A DNA stretch of 64,000 bases from Octopus sinensis. Its lineage: Eukaryota. A model generated the notes under the pieces. It made no database searches, had not been told where the DNA came from, and worked only from the letters and a program-made list of their open reading frames with translations. The position numbers were made by a program, and so were the translations under genes. Each line of letters opens with the position of its first letter. Within the stretch, counting starts at the first letter, position 1. The stretch spans positions 91,574,001 through 91,638,000 of the forward strand of contig NC_042998.1 of NCBI RefSeq assembly GCF_006345805.1, read 5' to 3'. This document shows, piece by piece, positions 51,424 through 64,000 of this stretch.

Positions 51424-54400
51424 CCTGAAACAACTGAGCTGCCTCAGAAAGAAGAACAGATCATAGAAATTTCTCCTGAAGTGTCACAGGAAGCTGTATC
51501 ACTGACTATTGCTACAGATGAAAAAATGGAAAGTTCATCTGAAATCCTTCCAACTAAAGTCGATGTTAGTACTTACCAAGTATCTGAAAGCATTACAACT
51601 GATATTGTCTCTGATAAACAAGAGCAATTATCTGGTGTGGTTTCTGATCATGTTTTGCAAACATCTGAACAGATTACACCTTTGATTCAAACAGATGTTA
51701 CAAAATCTGATATTATTATGGATGAAAAATTATCAGATATTTCACAAATTGAAAGCCAAAACTTATCTGAAATATCTATTTCAAGTAAATCTACAGATGA
51801 AGTTTCCCAAATAAGTATTCCTCTTTTAAAATCTGATGAGGTTCAAGAAGCAGTCGTTGAAGATAAAATTAGTGATATTGTGTCAGAAGACACACAAGAA
51901 AATATTACTAGCCTCTTGATTGAACCAAAATCACTTGATACAACAGTTTCAAAGATAGTGAGCATTCAAAGTGATTTGGTTGAGGAGCAAACTCCAAGTA
52001 GTTTAGTTACTGATATTATTCCTAAGGAACTTCTTGGTGCTAAACAAGAAGATATCAGTGAAAAGGCAACTGAAATAACTATGCAAACTGAAGTTCCAGT
52101 CATACAGACCGATATTGTATGTGATGAAGTTTCATCAGATATCGTATCAGATATCAGTGAATCTGTAGTAACTCAAAAGATTGATAGTGAATTAATTGAT
52201 AAACCATCGGTTGTGGAGATTACTGTAAAAGACAAAATACAGCAAGAAACTGGTACAATTTCAGAAAGTATTCAAGAATTTACAACTGATATACAAACAG
52301 AAGATGTACCCAAAGATATTGTTTCTAGTATTGTTGAAAAAGTTGCTACCAGCTCCCAGTCAACCGAAGAAGTATTGACAAAAGCTAACATTATGGAAGA
52401 AGAATTTATAGATGCACTTTCAGATATTGAATCAGAAGAAGATGCAGCAGGTATAACTCCAAACATCATATCTGAAGTTGCTACAGAAAAAATGGAAATA
52501 ACTTCTGCTCCATTTGTAAAAACAGAATCCATAGATGTTGGAATATCAGAATCTACTGTCACTGATGTTTCAGAAGAGACAAAGATAACATTAGAATCTG
52601 TTGATACCAAATCATTACAAGAAAAGAAATTAGATTTGATTGATACACCAAAATCTATGACAACAATCATGCAGGAACATTTAACAGAAAATGGAATAAG
52701 TGAAATTTCTGATGTCACTTTAGAAAATGTAAGTATTGTTGATGCTGATAAAAAGGTAGATAAAAGTCAGGCCAGTCTAGGTGACATGCCTAAATCTATG
52801 GTTACAATCATGCATGGAGATGTAACTGAGAATATTGTTGCAGATATTAAAGATGTCAGTGTAGAAGAAGTAAGCATTGTTGATTCAGAGAAAAAACCTG
52901 AGAAAAGTGAAGCAACCTTTACTGATATCCCCAAATCTATGGTTGGTGTTGTACTGGAGCATTTGACAGAAAATGGACTTTCAGATATTTCTGATGTAAG
53001 TGTTGACAAAGTAAGTATTGTTGACTCTGAAAAGAAACCTGAGAAAAGTGAAGCCACCTTTACTGATATTCCTAAATCAATGGTTGGAGTGGCTCAAGAG
53101 CATATCACTGAAAATATCGTATCTGATATCAAGGATGTCAGTGTAGAAGAAATAAGTGTTGTTGATTCTGAGAAGAAACCAGAGAAAAGTGAAGCCACTC
53201 TAACTGATATCCCCAAATCTATGGTTGGAGTTGCCCAAGAGCATATCACTGAAAATATTGTATCTGATATCAAGGATGTTAGTGTAGAAGAAATAAGTGT
53301 TGTTGATTCTGAGAAGAAACCCGAGAAGAGTGAAGCCACTCTTACTGATATCCCCAAATCTATGGTTGGAGTTGCCCAAGAGCATATCACTGAAAATATT
53401 GTATCTGATATCAAAGATGTTAGTGTAGAAGAAATAAGTGTTGTTGATTCTGAGAAGAAACCCGAGAAGAGTGAAGCCACTCTTACTGATATCCCCAAAT
53501 CTATGGTTGGTGTTGTGCTGGAGCATTTGACCGAAAATGAACTTTCAGACATTTCTGATGTAAGTGTTGACAAAGTAAGCATTGTTGACTCTGAAAAGAA
53601 ACCTGAGAAAAGTGAAGCCACCTTTACTGATATTCCTAAATCAATGGTTGGAGTGGCTCAAGAGCATATCACTGAAAATATCGTATCTGATATCAAGGAT
53701 GTCGGTGTAGAAGAAATAAGTGTTGTTGATTCTGAAAAGAAACCAGAGAAAAGTGAAGCAACTCTTACTGACATACCCAAATCTATGGTTGGAATTGTGC
53801 AAGAACATTTGACCGAAAATGGTCTTGCTGATATTACTGATGTCAGTGTTGAAAAAGTCAGTGTTGTTGATTCTGAAAAGAAACCAGAGAAAAGTAAGGC
53901 AACTTTGACTGATATCCCCAAATCTATGGTAGGCTTTGTTCAAGAAGAGGTATCAGAGAACGGTTTATCTGACATTTCTGATATTCCTCTTGAAAAAGTA
54001 ACTCTTATGGATGATAAACAAAAACTACCTCTTAATATTTCACAATCTGATATAACTGTTATACAAACCGACACTTTGTCTGGCACAGATACCCAAGACA
54101 TGGTTTCAGAAATCAGTAAGAGCCAAAAAGATACAGTGACTGCTTCTGAATCAATTGCTGATAAACACAAAACTCAGATTGCAGAAATGAGTACAGTAGA
54201 AATATTGGAAGACAAAACAGATATATCTGAAAAACAACCTACTGAAGATGTTGAAGCTGAATTTAGCATTGCAGAAGAGGAAACCTTTGTTGATGCAAGC
54301 TTCCAGTTGGAGGAGGAAAAAGAAATTCCTACAGTTCAAACAGCTGAAGATGCTGAGTTTAGTTTAATGCTTGATAGTACCACTGAAAAGAAACCACGTG

Positions 54401-55065
54401 ATACTGAAGCAACTATCCAGATTGAAGAAGAGAAACCACTTGATACTCAAGCAACTTTCCAGATTGAAGAAGAGAAACCACGTGATACTGAAGTAGCCTT
54501 CCAGATTGAAGAAGAGAAACCACGTGATACTGAAGTAGCCTTCCAGATTGAAGAAGAGAAGCCACTTGATACTGAAGTAGCCTTCCAGATTGAAGAAGAG
54601 AAACCACGTGATACTGAAGTAGCCTTCCAGATTGAAGAAGAGAAACCACGTGATACTGAAGTAGCCTTCCAGATTGAAGAAGAGAAACCACTTGATACTG
54701 AAGTAGCCTTCCAGATTGAAGAAGAGAAACCACTTGATACTGAAGTATCCTTCCAGATTGAAGAAGAGAAACCACGTGACACAGTTGATACTGCTGAAAC
54801 CTTCAAACTAGAAATACAAGATAAAGAAGTTGAAGACATTTCAGCTGACTTTGTTTTTGAGGATAAACCAAAGAAAATGGCAGTTGAGGATGTGGAAACA
54901 GACTTTGTATTTCAACAACCAAAAACAGAGGATGTTAGTACAGATATGTCTTTCACTCTACCAGCTGAAGACAAATCTGATAAGGAAGATGTAGAATTAT
55001 CTGTATCATTTGGTGTTGATACCGCTGAAGATGTGACTGTTGAAGACACTTTCATTTTACAAGAG
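51424..55065 (+). CDS. Giant exon D, 1214 aa, acidic S/T/D/E/I/V-rich, phase 0-0 cassette
   Basis: Uninterrupted ORF 51391-55128. The first AG after the upstream in-frame stop (ttattaaAG|CCT) gives phase 0; donor CAAGAG|GTAAAT. Confidence 0.88.
52642..54050 (+). repeat. Coding tandem array, 141-nt (47-aa) unit, about 10 copies
   Basis: DxPKSM codons at 52642, 52783, 52924, 53065, 53206 ... 53911 (period 141). Confidence 0.95.
54400..54777 (+). repeat. Coding tandem array, 42-nt (14-aa) unit DTEVAFQIEEEKP(R/L), 9 copies
   Basis: gatactgaagtagccttccagattgaagaagagaaaccac(g/t)t repeated. Confidence 0.97.
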
Positions 55066-55482
55066 GTAAATTTGTTATTATCTACATTAATGGTAATAAT
55101 ATTTATTCTTATAACTGTGATAACATGATTAATATTTGTTTCCTTTTAGCAAATTTTATATATGATATATGGCTATATATTTTTAATTATTCAGTGAGAA
55201 CATAAATATATGTACCAAGAATAACACTAATGGACACATCTATTATTTTTTAGGTTGTTCAGGTGGTCGTCAAGTGAAAGAAAATGTAAAAGATTGTTAC
55301 TCTGTTCCTTCAACTTAAACACTCCACTAAAATCTTAAAATTATTGCAGATATTTATTCTGATTTAAGCTCTCCATTTGTAAATTATCCTTTCTTTTTCC
55401 TATAGAAATGTATGAGAAAAACTTAGGATTAAACCTCAGCAGTTCACAAATATTTTGTTTATTTTCTATTTTCCTGACTATA

Positions 55483-55644
55483 GGTGCAGGAGTGGCTGTG
55501 TGGCAAGTAGCTTGCTTACCAACCATATGGTTCTGGGTTCAGTCCCACTGTGTGGCACCTTGGGCAAGTGCCTTCTACTATAGTTTCAGGCTGACCAAAG
55601 CCTTGTGAGTGGATTTGGTAGAAAGAAACTGAAAGAAACCCGTC

Positions 55645-55682
<38 letters not shown>

Positions 55683-55885
55683 GTTTGTGTTTCTGTGTTT
55701 GTCCCTCCAACATCGTTTGACAACCAATGCTGGTGTGTTTACGTCCCTGTCACTTAGCAGTTCAGCAAAAGAGACCGATAGAATAAGTACTAGGCTTACA
55801 AAGAATAAGTCCTGGGGTCGATTTGCTCGACTAATGGCGGTGCTCCAGCATGGCTGCAGTCAAATGACTGAAACAAATAAAAGAA
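55483..55885 (+). mobile_element. tRNA-derived SINE, same family as 41068, with internal (TA)n
   Basis: Collinear similarity over head, core, microsatellite site and tail. It is followed by a more decayed SINE-like head at about 55905-56090. Confidence 0.9.
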
Positions 55886-56816
55886 TATCATCACAGGTGA
55901 AAGAAAGGGCTTTGGTGGTTAGGGCATTATCCTCACATTCATCAGATCCTGAGTTTTATTCCCAAACCAGTGGACATGTATCATTGAACAAGGCACTTCA
56001 TTTTCTGTTGCTCTACTAGGGCAGCTACTAGGGGTTAACCCTCAAATGAACTGGAAACTCATTCAAAGGAAGGTAGTCTTGTACTCTCAGACACCTAAAC
56101 ACTTCAGAAACCCCATGTAATATCTGGGCTAATGAGATCATAGAGAAAGTGAGAAAGAGAGGGAGGAATATTATGATTCAATTTTTATTAGAAATGGACA
56201 GCTTTCTATAAATGAATATATTTTTCTTTTTTTAATATTGGTTTTAATAATTTTAAACAAATTTTGATAAACCTTTGATTAAATTACTAAATTTCTAAGA
56301 TGAATAGTTAATATAATTATTATTTTTTAGACTATTAACCACATCTTTAGAGATTAAATATGATTTTCCGTAATATTTGCATTCTCGTTGCTTTGATTGG
56401 TTTGGTCTCTGCCATCAGGTATCATATCTCTAATTGTGTACATCATCTTCGACTAGATTCTAAAAAGCAGCTGTTATTTCTAAATTAATTACAAAAAGAG
56501 TCAAATTGAATCTTGGAGTACACATTATGGTGATGATCAGAGATGTAAATATTGTAAATATTGTAAAATACTATTTTCATCTGTAAAATAAGTGGTTAAT
56601 AATCTGAAAAATGATAATATCTTTAACAAAGCTTTTTATATATTTTTTTAGGAGAGGACTTGATCCACTTCAAACTTAAAAATCAAACTGAACTCATCTA
56701 TTTATTGAACAAGATATTTTCTTATGCAATCATGAATTTCTTAATTGTAGATTTTGCAGTTCATCAGTTTTTTTCTGCAAATCTTCACAGAAAAAGCAGT
56801 TGCTGTATGCTGTCCC

Positions 56817-56945
56817 CTCCACTCCTCCTCCTCCTCCTCCTCCTCATCATCATCATCATCATCATCATCGTCATCATCATCATTGCCATTGTTGATATTG
56901 TCTTCATGATTGTTGTCATTGTTATCATCATCATTATCATTGTTC
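56817..56945. repeat. (CTC)n-(CAT)n trinucleotide microsatellite
   Basis: Direct reading. Confidence 0.9.
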
Positions 56946-57445
56946 ACCATTACTCTCATCCTCCTCTCCAATCTTCCCCTTTGTCCTCTCTACCTCCTCT
57001 TTCTCTTCCTCTTTCACTGTCTCTTTTGGAATACTGGGAAAAAAATATACTTTGTGGTATTTGTTCCAGCTCTTTATATTCTGATTTCAAATATCTTTAA
57101 GGTCATTTTTTGCCTTTCATCCTTCTGGGGTTAATAAACAAAATAAAATACCAGTCAAGTACTATGGTTGATGGTATCAACTACCTCAAAATTGCTGGTC
57201 TTCTGCTTGAATCAGAAGCAAGTATCATCATCATCATCATCATAAGGCAGAGATTAACAGAATCAAAATGGACAAAAGGCCTTGCAATATTTGCTTCTTG
57301 TCCTTTATGTTGTGAGTTCAATCCACAGTAGGGTTTATTTTTTCTCTTTCATCCATTTTAAGTTGATAAAATAAGTGTCAGTCAAATATTGGGATGTATT
57401 TTAAATCATTCTGCAAAAAAAAGCCAGATTTGCATTTTGCTCTCA

Positions 57446-57624
57446 AATACCCTTTAGCATTCAGATTTCTCTGTCAAAAGTGAGGGTTATTATCATTGTT
57501 TTGAATTAATCATGCAATATCTTGTAGCTTTTAAGATATTGATGAGGTAACTTAATTTTTAGAATGATATTGTATGGTTTGTGTGAGAGGCCAGATCAGG
57601 CCAGTTTAAATGTTAAAGGGTTAA
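57446..57624. mobile_element. piggyBac-like (TTAA/CCCTT) MITE
   Basis: Ends ..accctttagcatt and aatgttaaagggTTAA. Confidence 0.6.
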
Positions 57625-59311
57625 TCTTGAACAGATTCTTTTCAAAGCATGTTCATATCTTACTATGATTTACCCTAACATACAACTGACTTGGTGCCCT
57701 ACAATCTGCTATATACATAACTACATACAAGAGAACTTAAGTGAAACTTCTTCTAATAACTGACCAATATTTCCTCCTCTTTGGGATTTTTTTTTTTGCA
57801 TTTGCGTTACCATATCTTCTTGAACAATCCAGTACCAACTCAGACTGGTGGATTATCAGAGCTGTTAGAATGTTAGGCAAGAGGCCTCATAGTACCTATC
57901 CTAGCCCTTTACATTCTGACAGCAACATCTGCAATGACACAGGTGCCAAACTTTATTGGTCCAGCTTGGCTTGAACATCTGTCAGTCTTCCTCAAAAAAC
58001 ATCTTGTCAAGGCCTACACATACATGTGAAAATGAATGGTGAACATTAATTAATGGAAGCCCTGCTACGGTTTCTGCTTCTGTAGTCTTACCTAAACATC
58101 TCACAGTTTCACTTTCAAGTTAGCACTATACACAATAACATTAATTTCAAACTTGCACCTCTTCTCGGCAAGTAATATGCAATGATTCACATAAAATACC
58201 CAGGTCATATGAATACTTCAGTTTGAAATACTAAAAGAAAACCTTAGGCATGCTAATTAATTGCCATTAGAATTTTGAAATGAAACGTCAGTATTAGTAT
58301 TGATTTAACACTTCATATGAGATCATATTCCATACTGTTTTCAGTAACATTTTGTCATCATTTGTATATTTTTATTGTTCAGGTTGTTATAAATTGTCAG
58401 TATTATAACCATTTTCTCATTTGGTATGATTTAGGTTGTTTCTAGAATAAGTATTAATTACTGAGTTATTTAAAATTAATCCGCTTTACATTTACCTTAT
58501 TTCAGTGATATATAGTATCATATTTTGCTGTTGGGATTTCTTTATGCTGTCAGTCAAGGAAACCTTAATGTAATTACCACAAACTACAAAATGATAATGG
58601 CTCTTTACCTCTATTTAATGCTTAGCTAATTAATATTTGTAAATATAGCTTGCAACAATTCTATCAAATTAATCTTACTAGCCTCTTTGGGCCTCAGAGT
58701 GCCCAAAGTGGTTATGAGCACAACCCTACTTTCTAACCAAACCAGTAAAAAAAAGGCAAAACAATGCTATTTAAGTCATCTTCAACACTTCAGTCAACTG
58801 AGTTTTCAGAATTTATGCATCTATTTTTCATAGTAATTAGTAAAATACATGCATGAGCTTAAATATGACACCCAAAATGGTAGGACAGTTTTACTGAATT
58901 TCATGATTTCATGTTTAGGTCTTCTTAAGGATGTTAAAAATTCACCCTTTACTGAAATTCTTTAGACCCAGGACACTCTTGATCAATTAAACCTATGCTC
59001 AAAGGTTTTTCATCTCTTCATCTCAGACTACATTATTCAATGTGTACTTGTTTTGATAAGGTAGTAGGGTGCAATTAGATAGAAATTTGACTGGTATGTC
59101 TAGCAGATGGAGTGGTTATATTGAAACTCTTACGACAATTCTCAATAAAACTGTTAACAGTTCTTATTAATAATTTAAATAAATGTAAAAATAACCATAG
59201 ATAGTTTTATGAAATAATATCTTTAGGATTGATATGATTCCTTTATTTGACTCTTAAATAGTGGGAAAGGGTTGCGTGAATGTGTATACTAGAGGCAACC
59301 CCCCCTTCCTC

Positions 59312-59541
59312 TTAACTCTTTTGATATCAACCTGTCTGAAACTGCCCCTGGTTCTATGATACAACCATCTTGCCTTAAAGTGATTTAAATTAATACCTTC
59401 TATCAAAATTTCATGTTAACATATGCTCCAAATGTCATCATACTAACGACAAAGTTATTTTACTAAATTCTTCATTATTTTCAAAATTATTTGCTACAAA
59501 TGCAGTCCATATTAATAGAAATATGGTAACAAAAGGGTTAA
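59312..59541. mobile_element. piggyBac-like (TTAA) MITE
   Basis: TTAActcttttgatatc ... ggtaacaaaagggTTAA imperfect TIRs with TTAA at both ends. Confidence 0.65.
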
Positions 59542-60368
59542 GAGTAATTTTTATACTTATTTTCACTTTAACTTAGCACAAAAACCATAACAATTGTTAG
59601 TCTCTTGCATGGTAAGATTTAGTTTCATTATCTGAAAGTTCCCTAAAATTCTTACTTTCATTTGATGATGGTCATATCCAAGTAAAAGTTTTGAAACATC
59701 ACTTGATGTCTGCTGTTTAAGGGTTAAAGCAGTTATCTAAAAGCATTATTTCTTTAAAATATTGATAATTTATTTAAGAAAAACTAATTTAAACTTCAAT
59801 TCATCCATTTAAATTAGAATGTTTCTAATATTACCACCACAAATTTCTACATTCAATGATATATATTTTTAAAAACTAATATTGATATAGGTTGCTAAAA
59901 TACTACAATATATTAATTTAGCAGAAATTACTTGTTAAACATTATCTTATGAAATTTTAAATAATGATTTATTTTTCAGCTGACACTAATTTTCAGTTAT
60001 TCTGTATTTTGTAATCTTTACTTTCAGTTTTGATGAAAATTATTATTGCTTCTCTTCATAACAGTATATGTCTCTGTGGAAAAAAAAAACAAAAGGGAGA
60101 AAAATGATCTTAAATATTTTATATATGTGTGTTTATTGTTGTATAATTCATAATACAAATCTATATAATAATTTCTTTACTGAATTCAAGTGAAATTTTA
60201 ATAATGTTTCATTTTATCTTTAGATTTACAATTATATTTTACCATATCTTATTTCTTGAACAGCAAAATAATTTGGTTCCCATTTGATGATTTTAATTTT
60301 CACACTTTTTATGCAATTTTCACACTTTTTATGCAATTTAAACAACTATAATTAAATATCTTGTATAG

Positions 60369-60511
60369 GAACAAGATCTAATAGATGCTTCTGCTGAATT
60401 TACAATTGCTCCTTCATTCACCAAAAAATTGGAGGATAAACAACCAGTTGAAGGAACTGATGTCCAGTTTACTGTCATGACTGAAGGAGCTCCAAGTCCT
60501 GAAATAACATG
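60369..60511 (+). CDS. Ig I-set domain 3, N-terminal half
   Basis: EQDLIDASAEFTIAPSFTKKLEDKQPVEGTDVQFTVMTEGAPSPEIT(W); phase 0-2, donor GTAAGT. Confidence 0.92.
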
Positions 60512-61567
60512 GTAAGTTGTTTTTCTTATAAGCTTACAATAAAATCACGTTAGTATATATAATATCAAATAATCAGTCTTTTTTATATTATTATTTATTC
60601 TGTATCCTTGTATATATTTCTGTAATCAGTTTTATAATATTAATGGTAATCAGTTTATATGCCATCATTTTATGTCTGTAGAAAAAATATGGACAGGGAG
60701 GTAGATTCAAACAGGTGCAATTCCTGAAGATTAGATATTATATCTAATGTAGGGCAGTAAGTCAGAGGGAATGGCAATAGGTATGTGCAGTGTTTTTATA
60801 CAGTTTATTGTTTCAGAGGAAAGGAGACCATCTATAGTTACAGTAAAGGTACATAAGGAGATGCCACAAAACATCAGTGAGGTAGTAATTATGTAAAATT
60901 GTTGAACTGAAAACTTCCCCACCTGTTTCAGTACCATTTCCTGAATGTGATCTTAAATAGTTCTGTCACAACTGTTGTGTCTCAGACATGATATCATTGT
61001 TTCAATGTGGGGTTCATTTTTACTTTGTAGTGGGTCAGCAATTGCTCAGAGGGGAAGTTGTTTCTGGACCAAAATATAAAGCCTAATTTTCGGGATCTTG
61101 TCTTTGCTATATTATACATGCATTTGCCCCCATGAAAGTTAATCAGAATTTGATGGTTATTTAGATGTATATTGTTAGATACTATTGTGAGAGAAATACT
61201 GTGTGTTTCTTTTGTATGTATAGTGACTATATTTTGATATTGTTGGATGATAATAAGCTGGAGGAAGTTTTCAAGGTCTATGTTGCTATAAATAATATTT
61301 TTTAGTTAGCTTTGTCTAAGTTTCTTGTCTATATTGTAAATAGTTTGCTCTGGGAAAATTTATACGTTTACTTCTTAAACCAACCAATACTATCTTAATT
61401 ATTATGTTGGTGATTTTGTATAAAGCATTTCAAATTGTAAAATAAATGTGAAATATTTTCCTGTTTTCATTTTTATTCTTTAATCATTCATGTTAATTAT
61501 ATTTTTAGTAATGTGGATACTCATTACTCCGTACAAAAATTAACTGTTTAGCCATCTTTCTTTCTAG

Positions 61568-61740
61568 GTACAAAAATGGTGTTCAAATTAAACCATCTGA
61601 ACATTTCACAATTGAAAGTTCTGAAACCTCTCATACAATGACCATCCATAAAGTTACAAAACAAGACACTGCTGAATATACATGTAAAGCAACTAACAAT
61701 GTTGGTTCATCTTCAACTTCATGTAAAGTCAAAGTCACAG
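61568..61740 (+). CDS. Ig I-set domain 3, C-terminal half
   Basis: YKNGVQIKPSEHFTIE...QDTAEYTCKATNNVGSSSTSCKVKVT; phase 2-1, donor GTATGT. Confidence 0.93.
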
Positions 61741-61923
61741 GTATGTTTCATCTATTTCCAAACAAGTACTTTTGAATGCTTTTATTTGACCCTGAATTGG
61801 GAAGCAGTAAAAACTTCCATTATTATAAATTTTCCGTATTTTATGATGAACAATTTGATGTTAATTTCTTTCATAACTTTTCAATTGCTTTCTCACACTT
61901 ATACACTTTGTAAATTTACAGAG

Positions 61924-61973
61924 AAAAGGAACTAAAGAAGAAACCAGTCCTTGAAGAGGTATTTAACGCAGCT
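61924..61973 (+). CDS. Small exon, start of Ig domain 4 (EKELKKKPVLEEVFNAA)
   Basis: Homologous to EEKPKERKPEFEEIFTSA downstream; donor GTAAGT. The frame needs the second AG of cagAG, or one base is missing after the first AG. Confidence 0.7.
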
Positions 61974-62096
61974 GTAAGTAACATTATAAATATTTTAAAA
62001 CTTCTTCACAATTTAATAATTTCTTTATTGATTATATTTATTGTATTATCATTATGTTATACTTGTATTTATATATTATGTTTATTCTATGTTTAG

Positions 62097-62173
62097 TCTT
62101 TCAAAGTTGGTGACAGTATGGAATTGAAGTGCAAATTCAGTGGTGAACCAAAGCCAACTGTCAAGTGGTTTAA
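62097..62173 (+). CDS. Ig domain 4 middle exon (SFKVGDSMELKCKFSGEPKPTVKWF)
   Basis: tttAG acceptor, GTGAGT donor, phase 0-2. Confidence 0.9.
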
Positions 62174-63126
62174 GTGAGTATTCTTTCCACAAGAATTTAA
62201 ATTAAAGTTTCAATCTCAATTCTGACTTGAAATAATAGAAATATTAAGATATGAAGAATAAAAATAACCAACACTTATCTAAAGAGAATTATGATAATGA
62301 ATGAAATAAGAAGGTTTTTTTACTTCAAATATAATCAACTTATAATTTATTTTCATGGTTAGTGTCTGTTGTCATTCATGTTTTTTCCTAAAATGTATTT
62401 TCATTCCGGCCCTATGAATACATTTGGTTATAAAAGTCTTCTATTTGTAATCTAGTCCAGTTTAATTGTAAATCATTCAAAGTTTCATAAAACCTGATTA
62501 TTGTTTTAAGGCTATAACTTCTCTCAGCATACATACTTGAAATAGTATTAAATTAAAATAACTAAGTGCATAACAAAATGTACATAGAAAAAGAGAATGG
62601 CATTAGTCATCTCAGAGAGACTCCTTATCAGCAAATCATCAGATGCCAGTTACAATATAGAAATCAGAAACAAAGCAGTTACTGATTTGTGCGGAAGCTG
62701 GACAAGCTTAAATTAAATATACACACTTGAAACAGCATTAGATTAAAATAATGGTGTGTGTGCCATTTACTATGTTTATACAAGCATAGAACAGTTCTAG
62801 CTGTAATATTTTGTTTCAGAGAAACTTCTCTTAAGGGAATTTGAGTTTTAAAAATGTCATCAGAGGATCATCAGATATTCGTGTTTTGGCCTGGTTTAGC
62901 CTCATCACTGATAAATAGCCCTGGGAAAATAACTAATTATTACATTAGAATTGACATATATGCTCTTCAAAATTTAATAATGGGAAAACAAAACTCATTT
63001 ACCTACCATTTTAAATAAATTAATATTTATTATAGATATATAGTCTTTATATTCCTATATCTTATGTAGTGATGCAAGAAAATTATGTTTTATGTAGATA
63101 TATAAGAAAATTATATATTTTTTCAG

Positions 63127-64000
63127 GAATGGAAAAGAAATCAGGCCAACCTCACTTACCAAAATTATTCAAGATGGTGAAGTGTGTACTTTAAAAACCA
63201 ATAAATTCACAAAGAATGATGTTGGTGTTTACAAGTGTGTTGTCACAAACACTGTTGGTTCTGTTGAATGTGAAGCTACTATTACACTTGATGAAGAAAA
63301 GCCTAAGGAACGCAAACCTGAATTTGAAGAAATCTTTACATCAGCCAATATCAAATTGAACGAACCATTGGAACTGAAATGTAAAGTAACAGGTGAACCA
63401 AAGCCTTCCATTAAGTGGTTTAAAGACAACAAGGAAATCAGACAAACCTCTCTCACCAAAATTATTCAAGATGGCTCAGTATATACTCTGAAAACTAGCA
63501 AATTCACTAAGAATGATGTCGGTGTTTACAAGTGTGTTGCTACAAATTCCACTGGCTCAGTTGAATGCGAAGCTACTATTACACTTGAGGAAGAAAAGAC
63601 ACGCAAACCTGAATTTGAAGAAATCTTTACATCAGCCACTTTCAAATTGAATGAACCATTGGAGCTGAAATGTAAGGTAACAGGTGAACCAAAGCCTACC
63701 ATTAAGTGGTTTAAAGACAACAAGGAAATCAAACAAACCTCTCTCACCAAAATTATTCAAGATGGCTCAGTATATACTCTAAAAACCAGTAAATTCACAA
63801 AGAATGATGTCGGTGTTTACAAGTGTGTTGCTACAAATTCTTCTGGTTCAGTTGAATGCGAAGCTACTATTACACTTGAGGAAGAAAAGACACGCAAACC
63901 TGAATTTGAAGAAATCTTCACATCAGCTACTATCAAATTGAATGAACCATTGGAGCTGAAATGTAAGGTAACAGGTGAACCAAAGCCTACCATTAAGTGG
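63127..64000 (+). CDS. Exon with end of Ig 4 and tandem near-identical Ig I-set domains (291-nt/97-aa unit), open at window end
   Basis: tttcAG acceptor; open frame NGKEIRPTSLTKIIQDG...NDVGVYKCV...; landmark cgcaaacctgaattt at 63311, 63602 and 63893. Missed by the ORF track because it lacks a start codon. Confidence 0.95.

Noticed and set aside
55254-55262. Possible 9-nt micro-exon GTTGTTCAG after exon D
   Set aside because: The acceptor is plausible but the donor (GTGGTC) is poor and it is not needed for frame; unsupported without transcripts.
62855-62910. Minus-strand CTGATGA motifs
   Set aside because: No convincing stems I-III or correctly placed GAAA/NUH.

Overview
AT-rich, microsatellite- and SINE-laden eukaryotic DNA, most consistent with a coleoid cephalopod such as Octopus (inferred from the SINE types, not proven). 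The whole window lies inside one plus-strand, multi-exon gene for a giant titin/connectin-like sarcomeric protein; neither end of the gene is in the window. It has three paralogous giant Glu/Thr/Ile/Lys/Val-rich repeat exons (A <1-3467, B 10662-17309, C 25612-30022), small exons encoding I-set Ig domains and an IQ motif, a fourth giant repeat exon (D 51424-55065) and an intronless array of near-identical Ig domains running off the end. The most notable non-coding structure is a duplicated splicing cassette. Homologous zero-length AG|GTAAG ratchet-point-like sites with a downstream partner donor lie upstream of exons B and C, and a conserved RBFOX/MBNL-motif-rich element follows each of A, B and C. 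The introns also hold a sense-strand hammerhead-ribozyme-like fold, a Penelope-like RT remnant between inverted repeats, several MITEs/foldbacks and a 2.1-kb TA array. Frameshifts in the repeat exons look like uncorrected assembly deletions. All exon boundaries were deduced by eye from GT-AG signals and phase continuity and have no transcript support.
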